Positions 10,351 to 19,796 of a DNA stretch of 64,000 nucleotides are shown here, one piece after another. Numbering within the stretch: the stretch's first letter is position 1; each line of letters opens with the position of its first letter. The DNA is from a virus. The stretch covers positions 7,272 through 71,271 of IMG/VR virus record IMGVR_UViG_3300007513_002297. One strand, written 5' to 3'. The translations under genes and the position numbers were made by a program. Under the pieces are notes generated by a model, which was not told the DNA's origin, searched no databases, and saw only the letters and a program-made list of their open reading frames with translations.

Positions 10351-11151
10351 ATGAATATTTTGATTACCGGTAGAAACGGCTTTATTGGCAAAGAACTAAC
10401 AGAATTTTTTACCAAAACGGACCATACTGTATTTGCCACATGTAGGAAAACCCTAGATGTGTCAGATGAACGCCAAGTAGATGATTTTTTTAAGAAAAAC
10501 AATATTGATGTAGTCTTGCATGCTGCGATTAGAGGGGGCGGCCGCACAAATAATGATACCTATTGCGATTTGGTGAAAAACTTAAACATGTTTAAAAATT
10601 TATTAAAACACCATAAGCGTTATAAGCTGATGATTTCGTTTGGTTCGGGGGCAGAAACAAACAACACAACCTACTATGGGGCAGCCAAAAATCTAATTGC
10701 GCAAGAAATAACAAAACATGATGGAAACATTGTCAATTTGAGATTATTCGGCTGTTTCGGTCCACAAGAAAGAAGTAACAGGTTCATTAAAAATTCAATC
10801 AACAGTCTTCTGTTAAATAATCCAATTATTATTCATCAAGATAAGTATATGGATTATTTTTATATCGATGATTTAAAAAAAGTTGTTCAACATTACATCG
10901 AAAACTACACAGATGCGTTACCCAAAGAGATAGATTTGTGCTATTCCACTAAATTGAGGTTATTGGATATAGCTGAAGAAATAAAAACCTTGACATCACG
11001 TGAGGTGAATGTTATAATTGAAGATAAAACACAAGGCTCTTCCTATATTGGAAGCTCGTTTAAGTTAGCCGATTTAAATCTCAAATTGGGGGGCTTAAAT
11101 GAGGGGATTCAAAAAATGTTTAAAGTGTTAGAGGCAACACACAATGGATAA
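10351..11151 (+). CDS. NAD-dependent epimerase/dehydratase/reductase (extended SDR)
   Basis: ITGRNGFIG Rossmann motif, YGAAK, LRLFGCFGP. Confidence 0.85.
   Translation: MNILITGRNGFIGKELTEFFTKTDHTVFATCRKTLDVSDERQVDDFFKKNNIDVVLHAAIRGGGRTNNDTYCDLVKNLNMFKNLLKHHKRYKLMISFGSGAETNNTTYYGAAKNLIAQEITKHDGNIVNLRLFGCFGPQERSNRFIKNSINSLLLNNPIIIHQDKYMDYFYIDDLKKVVQHYIENYTDALPKEIDLCYSTKLRLLDIAEEIKTLTSREVNVIIEDKTQGSSYIGSSFKLADLNLKLGGLNEGIQKMFKVLEATHNG
10990..11018 (+). promoter_or_regulatory. sigma70-type promoter inside the SDR CDS, upstream of rfbH
   Basis: TTGACA (10990-95), 17 bp, TATAAT (11013-18) preceded by TGn extended -10. Confidence 0.75.
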
Positions 11152-12484
11152 GAAACAAGAAATTTTAAATTTAGTAAAGGAATATATTGAAGAAAAGAGG
11201 GCAAACGAAACCTGGGATGCCGGGAGCGATTGGGTGTCCTATTCTGGACCAACGTTTGACTCTGCAGAATATGTTGCAGCAATAGAGTCGCTATTAAGCG
11301 AATGGCTTATTTATGGAAAGACCGGTAGAAACTTTGAAATGGAATTTCCTCAATTTTTAGGAAAAAAACGTGGAATCTTAACCAACTCTGGAAGTTCCGC
11401 TAATCTTCTTATGATTACTGCGGCCAAGTCTAAACGCTTCGCCAAACAACTGAACGACGGCGACAAAGTCATTACACCGGTAGTGTGTTTCCCTACCACA
11501 ATCAACCCGATCATTCAGAATAATTTAACACCGATTTTCGTAGATGTAGAATTGCCAAGTTTAAACTTAGATTTGGATAAAGTAGAGGAGCTTTTGAAGG
11601 TAGATCCTTCTATTCGTGGGATTATGTTTGCGCATGTTTTGGGCAACCCTCCTGACATGGAGCGCTTAATGAAATTGATTAAGAAGTATGATTTAGTCTT
11701 TTTTGAAGACGCGTGTGATGCTTTGGGATCGTTTTATGATGGCAAAAAATTAGGATCTTTTGGAGACATGTCGACCTGTTCCTTTTTTCCAGCGCATCAT
11801 ATGACCATCGGAGAGGGTGGTTTCGTTGCAACGGACAGTCAACTAACGCGCAGTATTTTAGCTAGTTTCCGAGATTGGGGAAGAGCCTGTTACTGTAATT
11901 CTCTCAAACCTGGAAACGTAACAGGCGGTACTGCCTGCGGTATGAGGTTTAATAAGTGGCTTCCTGGAATGCCAGATGCGATCTACGATCACCGTTACGT
12001 CTTTGATGAGATTGGATACAACCTAAAACCGCTCGACTTACAGGCTGCAATGGGCTTAGAACAGCTTAAAAAATTGCCGGAGTTGGATAGCGCTCGTAGA
12101 AAAAACTGGGAGCGTCTGCGAGCTATTTTCGAGCCGTATGAAGAATATTTTCATTTACCGGTCGCAACCCCCAAAGCCGATCCGTGTTGGTTTGCGTTTT
12201 TGTTGACGATTAAGAAAGATGCGCCTTTTACGCGTTTTGATATTGTAGATCATCTCGAGTCAGCTAAGATTCAAACTCGATCTTATTTTTCCGGAAACAT
12301 TTTGGCCCATCCGGGATATACCCACTTGGCTTACCCTTATGGCAATTTATATGAAACATTTCCCGTGGCACAATTGGTAACCACTCGTTCGTTTTTCTTA
12401 GGGACATATATTGGATTAACTGAGGAAAAATTGAGCTATATCGAGAAGATGGTTAATGGTTTTTTCGAGGACCTTAAAGTATGA
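11144..12484 (+). CDS. rfbH: NDP-4-keto-6-deoxyglucose 3-dehydrase (E1; RfbH/DdhC)
   Basis: DegT fold with SFFPAHH (His in place of the Schiff-base Lys), EDACD and RDWGRACYC...CG 2Fe-2S region. Confidence 0.88.
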   Translation: MDKKQEILNLVKEYIEEKRANETWDAGSDWVSYSGPTFDSAEYVAAIESLLSEWLIYGKTGRNFEMEFPQFLGKKRGILTNSGSSANLLMITAAKSKRFAKQLNDGDKVITPVVCFPTTINPIIQNNLTPIFVDVELPSLNLDLDKVEELLKVDPSIRGIMFAHVLGNPPDMERLMKLIKKYDLVFFEDACDALGSFYDGKKLGSFGDMSTCSFFPAHHMTIGEGGFVATDSQLTRSILASFRDWGRACYCNSLKPGNVTGGTACGMRFNKWLPGMPDAIYDHRYVFDEIGYNLKPLDLQAAMGLEQLKKLPELDSARRKNWERLRAIFEPYEEYFHLPVATPKADPCWFAFLLTIKKDAPFTRFDIVDHLESAKIQTRSYFSGNILAHPGYTHLAYPYGNLYETFPVAQLVTTRSFFLGTYIGLTEEKLSYIEKMVNGFFEDLKV

Positions 12485-13431
12485 AAATAGTCTATATTAC
12501 GGGTTGTTTGGGATTTATGGGCTCTTACGCGACCCGTCGAGCATTAGAGCGCGGTTGGATGGTGCGAGGGATTGATAAAATCACCTATGCTGCTAATGTG
12601 CAACTCTTAAATGAATTTAATCAATATCCTAATTTCATTTTTGAGAAAGAAGACATTAAGGATTTAAACCACTTGTATGATTGTGACTATGTCATCAACT
12701 ATGCTGCAGAATCTCATGTGGGAAATAGTATCGTTGACAGTCGCGACTTTATTGATAGTAATGTGATGGGGGTTAAAAATCTATTAGATTTGATTAGATT
12801 CAAACAAAGTAATTGTAATGATAAACCAATATTGCTACACGTAAGCACAGATGAGGTTTATGGCGATATAGAAGACGGCGCCCATGTTGAAGCCGATTTA
12901 CTTAAACCTAGTAATCCATATTCTGCCGCAAAAGCTGCAGCAGATATGTTGATTTTTGCGTGGGCTCGAACGTATGACCTTCGTTATAATATTTTACGTC
13001 CCACTAACAACTATGGCATAGGGCAATATCCTGAAAAGCTTATTCCTTTATCTGTTAAAAATCTTATGCGAGGCAAGAAAATAAGGCTTCATAACAATGG
13101 CACTCCGGTTCGCAATTGGCTTCACGCTGATGATACCGCCGCCGCCATCATGACAATTATAGATTCTGGTATAACAAATGAAATTTATAATATTGCCGGT
13201 GGCTACGAACAAACGAATGCCGAAACGGTACGTAAAATTATTGAAGCATTCTACGATACCGATGAAAAATGGATGCAACACATTGACATGTCTTTTGCGC
13301 GAGAAGGTCAAGATGTTCGCTATGCTTTAAATGATAATAAGTTACGAGAATTAGGCTGGAAACCTGAACGAGTGTTTGACACAGAGTTGTCGTCTATTGT
13401 ACACTATTATAAAGAGAAATTCATATGGTAG
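12481..13431 (+). CDS. rmlB: dTDP-glucose 4,6-dehydratase-like
   Basis: DKITYA, AAESHV, STDEVYG, PYSAAK, NNYG-x-x-QYPEKLIP. Confidence 0.85.
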   Translation: MKIVYITGCLGFMGSYATRRALERGWMVRGIDKITYAANVQLLNEFNQYPNFIFEKEDIKDLNHLYDCDYVINYAAESHVGNSIVDSRDFIDSNVMGVKNLLDLIRFKQSNCNDKPILLHVSTDEVYGDIEDGAHVEADLLKPSNPYSAAKAAADMLIFAWARTYDLRYNILRPTNNYGIGQYPEKLIPLSVKNLMRGKKIRLHNNGTPVRNWLHADDTAAAIMTIIDSGITNEIYNIAGGYEQTNAETVRKIIEAFYDTDEKWMQHIDMSFAREGQDVRYALNDNKLRELGWKPERVFDTELSSIVHYYKEKFIW

Positions 13432-14288
13432 ACAATAGAGAAGTAATGAGAAAATTTATAGAAGAAAACTATAATGCGACATTTTTGCCTAATGCGCACC
13501 TTGTTGGTGCCGAAGAACAACAAATGTTTAAAGACGATTTGTTAAAGGGATTAGATAAGCTTTATGGCTTAAAAGACAGTCGCATCGGAGAGCCTGCGCT
13601 AGTGATGGGATTGGGCCCAAGCCTTTTAGAAGTAGATAAAGAAAAATACAAAGATGCGATTAAAATCACATGCAACGATTTTCACAAAGTTCCCAATCTA
13701 TACACAGACTTTAAACCAGATTTTTGGTGCGCAGCCAATTCTTATGACGCATTAAAAGAAGCTTTCGGGTACTGTATAGACAACGACATCAAAGCCTTTG
13801 TCACGATTCCGATTCGAACAGAGTTTTCACAGTTGCTAAAAATATCCAGAGAAAAAAACAAAATGGATCTTGTGTACCCTTGGATGTGGGAGCAACGCGT
13901 GTTTCAAGGGCTGTTGGCACAAAAATATAGCATTAAAGAAATGTATTCTCGCTGTAACACGATTACAAATCACATGATTGCTTTTGCACTATGGCTGGGT
14001 TGTAATCCCATAAATGTTACAGGGTTCGATTTATCTTATAGACAAGCATTAAATAAAACAGGTATGACTCATGCTGGGTTTACTGAAGAAAGAATGCAAA
14101 ACGACACATTATCTGGAAAGCGAGAGTTACCTTCCTTTGATATTCCTTCCGAACGAAGGCAAGTTATAGGCGACTTGCGATATTTGTGCGCCGTAGGAAA
14201 AAAGTATAATGTAAAGATTAATAATTTATCATGGAAGGCGAATCGGTTGCCTTATAACTTGTCATACTCTTTAGACGAAAAGGAATAA
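13425..14288 (+). CDS. Maf/DUF115/CST-like putative nonulosonate transferase
   Basis: MGLGPSL, TCND, PDF, and T-x-x-H-M-I-x-x-A-x-x-LGC-x-x-I-x-x-x-GFD pattern; directly upstream of neuB. Confidence 0.6.
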   Translation: MVDNREVMRKFIEENYNATFLPNAHLVGAEEQQMFKDDLLKGLDKLYGLKDSRIGEPALVMGLGPSLLEVDKEKYKDAIKITCNDFHKVPNLYTDFKPDFWCAANSYDALKEAFGYCIDNDIKAFVTIPIRTEFSQLLKISREKNKMDLVYPWMWEQRVFQGLLAQKYSIKEMYSRCNTITNHMIAFALWLGCNPINVTGFDLSYRQALNKTGMTHAGFTEERMQNDTLSGKRELPSFDIPSERRQVIGDLRYLCAVGKKYNVKINNLSWKANRLPYNLSYSLDEKE

Positions 14289-14329
14289 TAACATGTCACT
14301 ACGCCCTTCAGAACAAATAGAGAAAATAC

Positions 14330-14359
14330 TTGACATAGAATAAAAAAATGAGTTATAAT
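14330..14359 (+). promoter_or_regulatory. sigma70-type promoter upstream of neuB
   Basis: TTGACA (14330-35), 18 bp, TATAAT (14354-59). Confidence 0.7.
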
Positions 14360-14451
14360 ACTAAAATATACAAACATTAATCTGTCAGTCGAAAAAGTAA
14401 AGGCTTTAAAAAACACCATAGATTTTTTAACAAGATTTAAAGGAGAACAAA

Positions 14452-15288
14452 TTGTCTAGAATATATATTATAGCTGAAATCGGCATCAACCATAACGGTA
14501 ATGTTGATTTAGCTGAAGAACTTATAAGGATATCTGCAGCGGCCGGAGCCGACGCAGTTAAATTTCAAAAAAGAACTCTTGACTTGGTCTACACTCAAGC
14601 AGAGCTTGAAAAATATCGTGAATCCCCATGGGGCACCACAAATCGCCAACAAAAAGAAGGTTTAGAACTTGACATAGCAGATTACAGGAAACTTGAGGAT
14701 TGTGCAAGCTTTCTTGGTATGGATTTTATTGTTTCGTGTTGGGACCTAAACAGTCTGGCAGAAGTAGAAAAGAGCTTAAATACGAGTCATCATAAAGTTG
14801 CTTCTGCTTTGTCCACAGACAGAAAATTTTTACAAGCGCTTAACGAAACTGGTAAACCTATCATTCTTTCTACGGGAATGTGCACATCTGAGCAAATAGC
14901 AGCTTCTATTAATATATTAGACAATATAGACTATGTGTTGGCATGCACGAGTACTTATCCAACAAAGCCTGAAGAAATCAATTTAAGGCACATTTCTACT
15001 TTAAAGAGAGAAAACCCGAATTTGAAGATAGGATTCTCTAACCATTATAGCGGACACGATGCATGTGTAGGGGCTGTAGCCTGCGGCGCCGAATGTGTGG
15101 AATTTCACATAACAAAAGATAGGACGATGTACGGTTCCGATCAAGCCGCTTCGATTGAAAAACCAAAAGAATTAATTAGTGCCATCCGCACCATGGAAAA
15201 GATGCTCGGCAACGGCATAAAGAAGGTATACCCCTCTGAAGTCCCAGTAATGGAGAAATTAAGAAAGGTTGATGATGTTGCGCAATAA
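14452..15288 (+). CDS. neuB: Nonulosonate synthase, short form lacking the SAF domain
   Basis: IIAEIGINHNG, GADAVKFQ, ILSTGM, STYP, GFSNH, EFH; TTG start after AAGGAG. Confidence 0.9.
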   Translation: MSRIYIIAEIGINHNGNVDLAEELIRISAAAGADAVKFQKRTLDLVYTQAELEKYRESPWGTTNRQQKEGLELDIADYRKLEDCASFLGMDFIVSCWDLNSLAEVEKSLNTSHHKVASALSTDRKFLQALNETGKPIILSTGMCTSEQIAASINILDNIDYVLACTSTYPTKPEEINLRHISTLKRENPNLKIGFSNHYSGHDACVGAVACGAECVEFHITKDRTMYGSDQAASIEKPKELISAIRTMEKMLGNGIKKVYPSEVPVMEKLRKVDDVAQ

Positions 15289-15361
15289 AACTCTCAAAAG
15301 TAAAACTGTTTTAATAAGCGCCACCTCTCGAAGACTCGGAAAAGCTTTTTATAATGAATAA
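15272..15361 (+). pseudogene. Relic of an SDR oxidoreductase N-terminus
   Basis: 29-aa frame MMLRNKTLKSKTVLISATSRRLGKAFYNE resembles a decayed KTVLITGASRGLG motif; AAAGG SD upstream. Confidence 0.5.
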
Positions 15362-16037
15362 AAAAAAGATAGTTTGCCTAATTCCTGCCCGTGGAGGTAG
15401 CAAGGGTGTTCCAAAAAAGAATATAATTGATTTTGGGGGCAAACCTTTAGTAGCCCATAGCATCGAACACGCAGTTGGATCCAAACATATTGATTTTGTG
15501 TATTTATCTTCGGATAGTGAAGAAATTTTAGAGATTGGCAAAACATATGGCGCAATACCGCTAATAAGATCACCAGAACTATCACACGACTACGCCACAC
15601 TGGAAGCGCTGGTCAAAAACTTTTTAACAATTACAAAAAACGTTGATATAATAGTGATGCTACAACCAACATCGCCCTTGCGTACTAGCCAAGATATAGA
15701 CAATGCCATTGATGCGTTTTTTGAACAAGACGTTGATTCTTTGTTTTCTGCCGTTGAGTTGGAAGATTTCTTTATCTGGAAGAGGGACACAAACGGGAGC
15801 CTCCAAAGTGTCAATTATGATTTTGAAAACAGGCAACGAAGACAAGATATCAGTGGACAGGTTGTAGAAAATGGATCGATTTATATATTTAAACCCTCGG
15901 TTGTAATAGAAAACAATAATAGGCTTGGCGGAAAAATTGGTGTTTCTATTATGGATCCATGGAAAATACATGAAGTAGATTCATATGATGATTTAGAAAT
16001 GTGTAGATTTGTTTATAACCAAAAGGTATTAAAGTGA
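15354..16037 (+). CDS. neuA: CMP-nonulosonate synthetase (acylneuraminate cytidylyltransferase)
   Basis: IPARGGSKGVPKKN, LQPTSPLR, ENGSIY, EVD. Confidence 0.92.
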   Translation: MNKKKIVCLIPARGGSKGVPKKNIIDFGGKPLVAHSIEHAVGSKHIDFVYLSSDSEEILEIGKTYGAIPLIRSPELSHDYATLEALVKNFLTITKNVDIIVMLQPTSPLRTSQDIDNAIDAFFEQDVDSLFSAVELEDFFIWKRDTNGSLQSVNYDFENRQRRQDISGQVVENGSIYIFKPSVVIENNNRLGGKIGVSIMDPWKIHEVDSYDDLEMCRFVYNQKVLK

Positions 16038-17005
16038 GCGATAGATTAGTATATTTTAATGGTAATTTTGTACCAGAGTCTGAAGCAAAAATTTCAATTT
16101 ATGATTCTGCATTAATGTTTGGAGATATGGTATTTGAAATGACACGTTCTTTTAATAAAGAGCAATTCAAACTCCGCGAACACTTAGAGAGACTATATGT
16201 TGGTATAAAGTATTTGCAAATTCCACTTGAAATGACAATAGATGAGATGGAAGAAGCTGTTTATAAGACCATAGAGGCGAACGAACCATTTTTCAGAGAA
16301 GATGATGAACATCGCATTATGATTGATATTACGCGAGGTTTATTGGGACTCTATGATAAGCGTGTTGAAAGTGTTGAATCTGGCGTCAATGTTATAATTG
16401 CAGATTTTCCACTACGTTGGACAGTTGCATCGATGGGACATTTATTTGATAAGGGAATTAATGCAGTTATTCCCTCTCAAAGAGCAATCCCTGCACGTTT
16501 GCTTGAACCAAAAATAAAAAACAGAAGCAGAATACATTATCTAATGGCAAATATCGAAGTATCTCAGTTCGCCGGAAGTGATAACTGGGCACTTTTGTTG
16601 GATGAGGACGGCTTTGTTGCGGAAGGTACGGGAGATAATTTTTTCATTGTCAAAGATGGCGCAATTATCACCCCCGAGGGTAGAAATATTTTAAGAGGCA
16701 TAAGTAGAGAATATATTTTTGAACTTGCAAAACAACATAATTTATGTTGCGTTGAAAAAAATATAGAACCATATGATGTCTATACGGCAGATGAAGCGTT
16801 TATGACAGGTACGCCGTTTTGCCTATTGCCTGTTACTAAGTTAAATGGGCGTGATATTGGTGATGGAAAGCCAGGAAAAATAACAACATTTTTACTGGAT
16901 AAATGGAGTGAAAACGTTGGTGTGAATATTGTCTCCCAGATTAAATCATATGCCGACGAGGTTAAGATGGAATCACCGTCACCCTATGAGTTTAAGAGGA
17001 AGTAG
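16034..17005 (+). CDS. Aminotransferase class IV (IlvE/PabC fold)
   Basis: FGDMVFE, HLERL, KIKNRSR PLP Lys, EGTGDNFF, LRGISR, DEAFMTGT. Confidence 0.88.
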   Translation: MSDRLVYFNGNFVPESEAKISIYDSALMFGDMVFEMTRSFNKEQFKLREHLERLYVGIKYLQIPLEMTIDEMEEAVYKTIEANEPFFREDDEHRIMIDITRGLLGLYDKRVESVESGVNVIIADFPLRWTVASMGHLFDKGINAVIPSQRAIPARLLEPKIKNRSRIHYLMANIEVSQFAGSDNWALLLDEDGFVAEGTGDNFFIVKDGAIITPEGRNILRGISREYIFELAKQHNLCCVEKNIEPYDVYTADEAFMTGTPFCLLPVTKLNGRDIGDGKPGKITTFLLDKWSENVGVNIVSQIKSYADEVKMESPSPYEFKRK

Positions 17006-17778
17006 TGGAACTTGGAATAATACAAGGTAGATTGTCGATGCCGGTCCACAATCATATGCAAGAGTTTCCACCTAATTGGAAAAAGGAATTTGAACTTCTT
17101 GATAGATGCGGGTTAAGCCATATTGAATGGTTGATTACGAAAGGTACCGCAAAGTCCAATCCAGCATTTGACGAAACTGTATCCCTTCAAGATTTGCCTA
17201 TTAGTTCATATTGTGCAGATACGCTAGTAGACATAGGAGTGACCGATGAAGATTATCTCAAGGAACACTTGCAACCAATTTGTGAATCTGCGGTTCGCAA
17301 CAAAATAAGCACAATTACGATTCCACTTTTGGAAGACAGTAGCGTGGAAGACCCAGAACTTAGACAAAAATTTAAAAATTTAATTGCACAATACGTAACA
17401 AAATATCCTAATTTAAAGTTTTCTTTTGAATGTGAATTGACAATTGAGGGATTACAGAATATAATAGAATTATCTGAAAATTTTTATGTTACCTATGATA
17501 CGGGTAATATTACATCATATGGCTTAGACCATGTTGACTACATTAACGCCTTCCATGAAAGAATAAATAACGTACATTTAAAAGATAGAACCTATGATGC
17601 AAAAACAGTTTATCCCACCACAGGAGATACTGATTTTAAATTAATTTTTAAGACGTTATCTGATGTTGGGTATGATGGGTTTTACACATTACAAACCGCT
17701 AGAGGTAAAACAGGAATAGAGGCAGTTACAGTAATGCAACATACAAACATTTTAAGAGGACTACACAATGCAAAATAA
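17005..17778 (+). CDS. Sugar-phosphate isomerase/epimerase (xylose-isomerase-like TIM barrel)
   Basis: GIIQGRLS, FE, YDTGN, VHLKD metal ligands. Confidence 0.8.
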   Translation: MELGIIQGRLSMPVHNHMQEFPPNWKKEFELLDRCGLSHIEWLITKGTAKSNPAFDETVSLQDLPISSYCADTLVDIGVTDEDYLKEHLQPICESAVRNKISTITIPLLEDSSVEDPELRQKFKNLIAQYVTKYPNLKFSFECELTIEGLQNIIELSENFYVTYDTGNITSYGLDHVDYINAFHERINNVHLKDRTYDAKTVYPTTGDTDFKLIFKTLSDVGYDGFYTLQTARGKTGIEAVTVMQHTNILRGLHNAK

Positions 17779-18586
17779 TATTTTCGATCTCACTGGAAAA
17801 ATTGCCGTCATTACCGGTGCTGGAGGTCTACTTGGACCAAAGCATGCTGAAGCAATTCTTGATTTTGGAGGTCGTGTAATTTTGACCGATCATCATCTTG
17901 ATAGAGTCCAGCAGGCGGCCGCCAAGTTAAACGAGAGGTATGGGGAAGGTTCAGCCACAGCCTATCACATGGATGTGACGGATCCAAAGTCTGTGGCTGG
18001 TGTGGTCGATCTATGCGATAGAATCGATATTCTAATCAACAATGCTGCTAAGGATCCAAAGGTCAAAAAAGAGGCAGGGCTAACACCCGATAGCAGATTT
18101 GAGACAATGACGTCTGAATATTGGTTTGAGGGAGTCGACGCCGCGATGAATGGTACTTTTTTCTGTTCTCAAGCCGTTTCTAATAAAATGCTTGAACATG
18201 ACGGCGGTGTCATATTAAACATCTCCTCGGACCTTGGCGTTATTGCTCCCGACCAGCGTCTGTACAGAAAAGAGGATATTGAAGAAGATAGACAGAATGT
18301 AAAGCCGATAACTTATTCTGCTGCAAAATGGGCCATTATCGGAATGACAAAATACCTTTCTGTTTATTTTGCACAGAAGGGCATTAGAGTCAATTGCTTG
18401 AGTCCAACTGGCGTCTATAACAATCATCCTGAAGCTTTTGTCAAAAAGCTTTCCAATATTATTCCAATGGGAAGAATGGCAGACATAGACGAGTACAAGG
18501 GCGCCATAGTATTTTTGTGTTCAGATGCTAGTTCATATATGACTGGTGAGAATATGGTTATAGATGGTGGCAAAACAGTATGGTAG
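17768..18586 (+). CDS. SDR oxidoreductase, PtmA-like
   Basis: TGAGGLLG, NNA, YSAAK, SSYMTG...DGG. Confidence 0.85.
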   Translation: MQNNIFDLTGKIAVITGAGGLLGPKHAEAILDFGGRVILTDHHLDRVQQAAAKLNERYGEGSATAYHMDVTDPKSVAGVVDLCDRIDILINNAAKDPKVKKEAGLTPDSRFETMTSEYWFEGVDAAMNGTFFCSQAVSNKMLEHDGGVILNISSDLGVIAPDQRLYRKEDIEEDRQNVKPITYSAAKWAIIGMTKYLSVYFAQKGIRVNCLSPTGVYNNHPEAFVKKLSNIIPMGRMADIDEYKGAIVFLCSDASSYMTGENMVIDGGKTVW

Positions 18587-18948
18587 AGGACAAGGTCAAA
18601 TTACCCATGAAGGTTGTCCCAAAGGGTTGGGGTCATGAACTATGGATTGTAAATAAGGAAGAGTATTGCGGCAAGCTTCTTTTTATAAAAGAAGGAAAGC
18701 GGTGTTCTTGGCACCGTCATGTTACAAAAGATGAAGTTTTTTACCTACAATCTGGAAAGCTTCTGGTGAAATATTCGGAAGAAGACGATTTAGAGAATGC
18801 TCATGAGTTGACCCTGGTTCCTGGTGATAATTTCTATGTATATCCCGGATTGAGACATCAGATGTACGCATTCGAAGATTCAGAGCTTTTTGAGTTTTCC
18901 ACGCAGCACTTTGATAGTGACAGCTATAGGATAATAAAGGGTGATTAA
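18580..18948 (+). CDS. Cupin-domain protein (sugar isomerase-like)
   Basis: KGWG-x-E, SWH-x-H-x-x-K-x-E, RH motif. Confidence 0.8.
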   Translation: MVEDKVKLPMKVVPKGWGHELWIVNKEEYCGKLLFIKEGKRCSWHRHVTKDEVFYLQSGKLLVKYSEEDDLENAHELTLVPGDNFYVYPGLRHQMYAFEDSELFEFSTQHFDSDSYRIIKGD

Positions 18949-18950
18949 TA

Positions 18951-19796
18951 ATGAGTTGTCCCCTTTGTCATAGTGAGAACACTCCGCAAACAGAGGGTCT
19001 TGTAAGGGATTTACCAGAAATTCCAGTGCTCAAATGTAGCGATTGTAGCCTTGTCTTTCTTGGTAGCTTTGATCATATTCATGATGAGTTCTATGAAGGG
19101 TCAGAAATGAGAGTAGGTGAAGATATCGATATATGGATATCAGAGACCAAAGGTGATGATGAAAGACGGTTCCGGTACCTATATGACTCCTTAAGAGGCG
19201 CAGATGTGCTTGATTTTGGCGCAGGTAATGGTGGGTTCTTAAGGTTGGCAAAACAAGAAGCTAGCTCAGTTGCAACCGTAGAATTAGATAAGGAACTTTC
19301 TCCTCTATTTGAGCGTGATGATATTCCCTATTATCGTTTTTTGAAAGATATTCCCGCGAATAAACAGTTTGATTTAATAACAGCTTTTCATGTCATTGAG
19401 CACTTAAAAGACCCTGTAGGTTTTTTAAGAGAAGTTTCTTCATTATTACGCTCTAGTGGTAGTCTTTATCTTGAGTTCCCTAATGCAAATGATGCTCTTG
19501 TGTCACTTTACGGCTCAAAGGCCTTTTCTAAATTCACCTATTGGAGTTGTCACCTTATGTTGTTTAACCATGAAACGATTAAAATCGCCATTAAAGAAGC
19601 TGGACTGCAATGTAGAAATATAAGACAGGTGCAACGCTATCCACTTTCTAATCATCTATATTGGTTGGCAAAAGGTCTACCAGGAGGACACAACGTATGG
19701 TCATTTCTAGACAATCAATTACTTAATACAGAATATGAGAGAATGCTGGCTAATACAAAAGCTTGTGACACATTGTTGGTGGAGGTTTCACTATGA
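18951..19796 (+). CDS. Class I SAM-dependent methyltransferase with N-terminal Zn site
   Basis: CPLC...CSDC, LDFGAGNG, FHVIEHL. Confidence 0.85.
   Translation: MSCPLCHSENTPQTEGLVRDLPEIPVLKCSDCSLVFLGSFDHIHDEFYEGSEMRVGEDIDIWISETKGDDERRFRYLYDSLRGADVLDFGAGNGGFLRLAKQEASSVATVELDKELSPLFERDDIPYYRFLKDIPANKQFDLITAFHVIEHLKDPVGFLREVSSLLRSSGSLYLEFPNANDALVSLYGSKAFSKFTYWSCHLMLFNHETIKIAIKEAGLQCRNIRQVQRYPLSNHLYWLAKGLPGGHNVWSFLDNQLLNTEYERMLANTKACDTLLVEVSL

Noticed and set aside
7621-17005. ilvB + panB + ilvE as branched-chain amino acid/pantothenate auxiliary metabolic genes
   Set aside because: No ilvH/C/D, panC or panE in the window, and each gene is translationally coupled to nucleotide-sugar genes. A glycan-tailoring role is more economical, though unproven.
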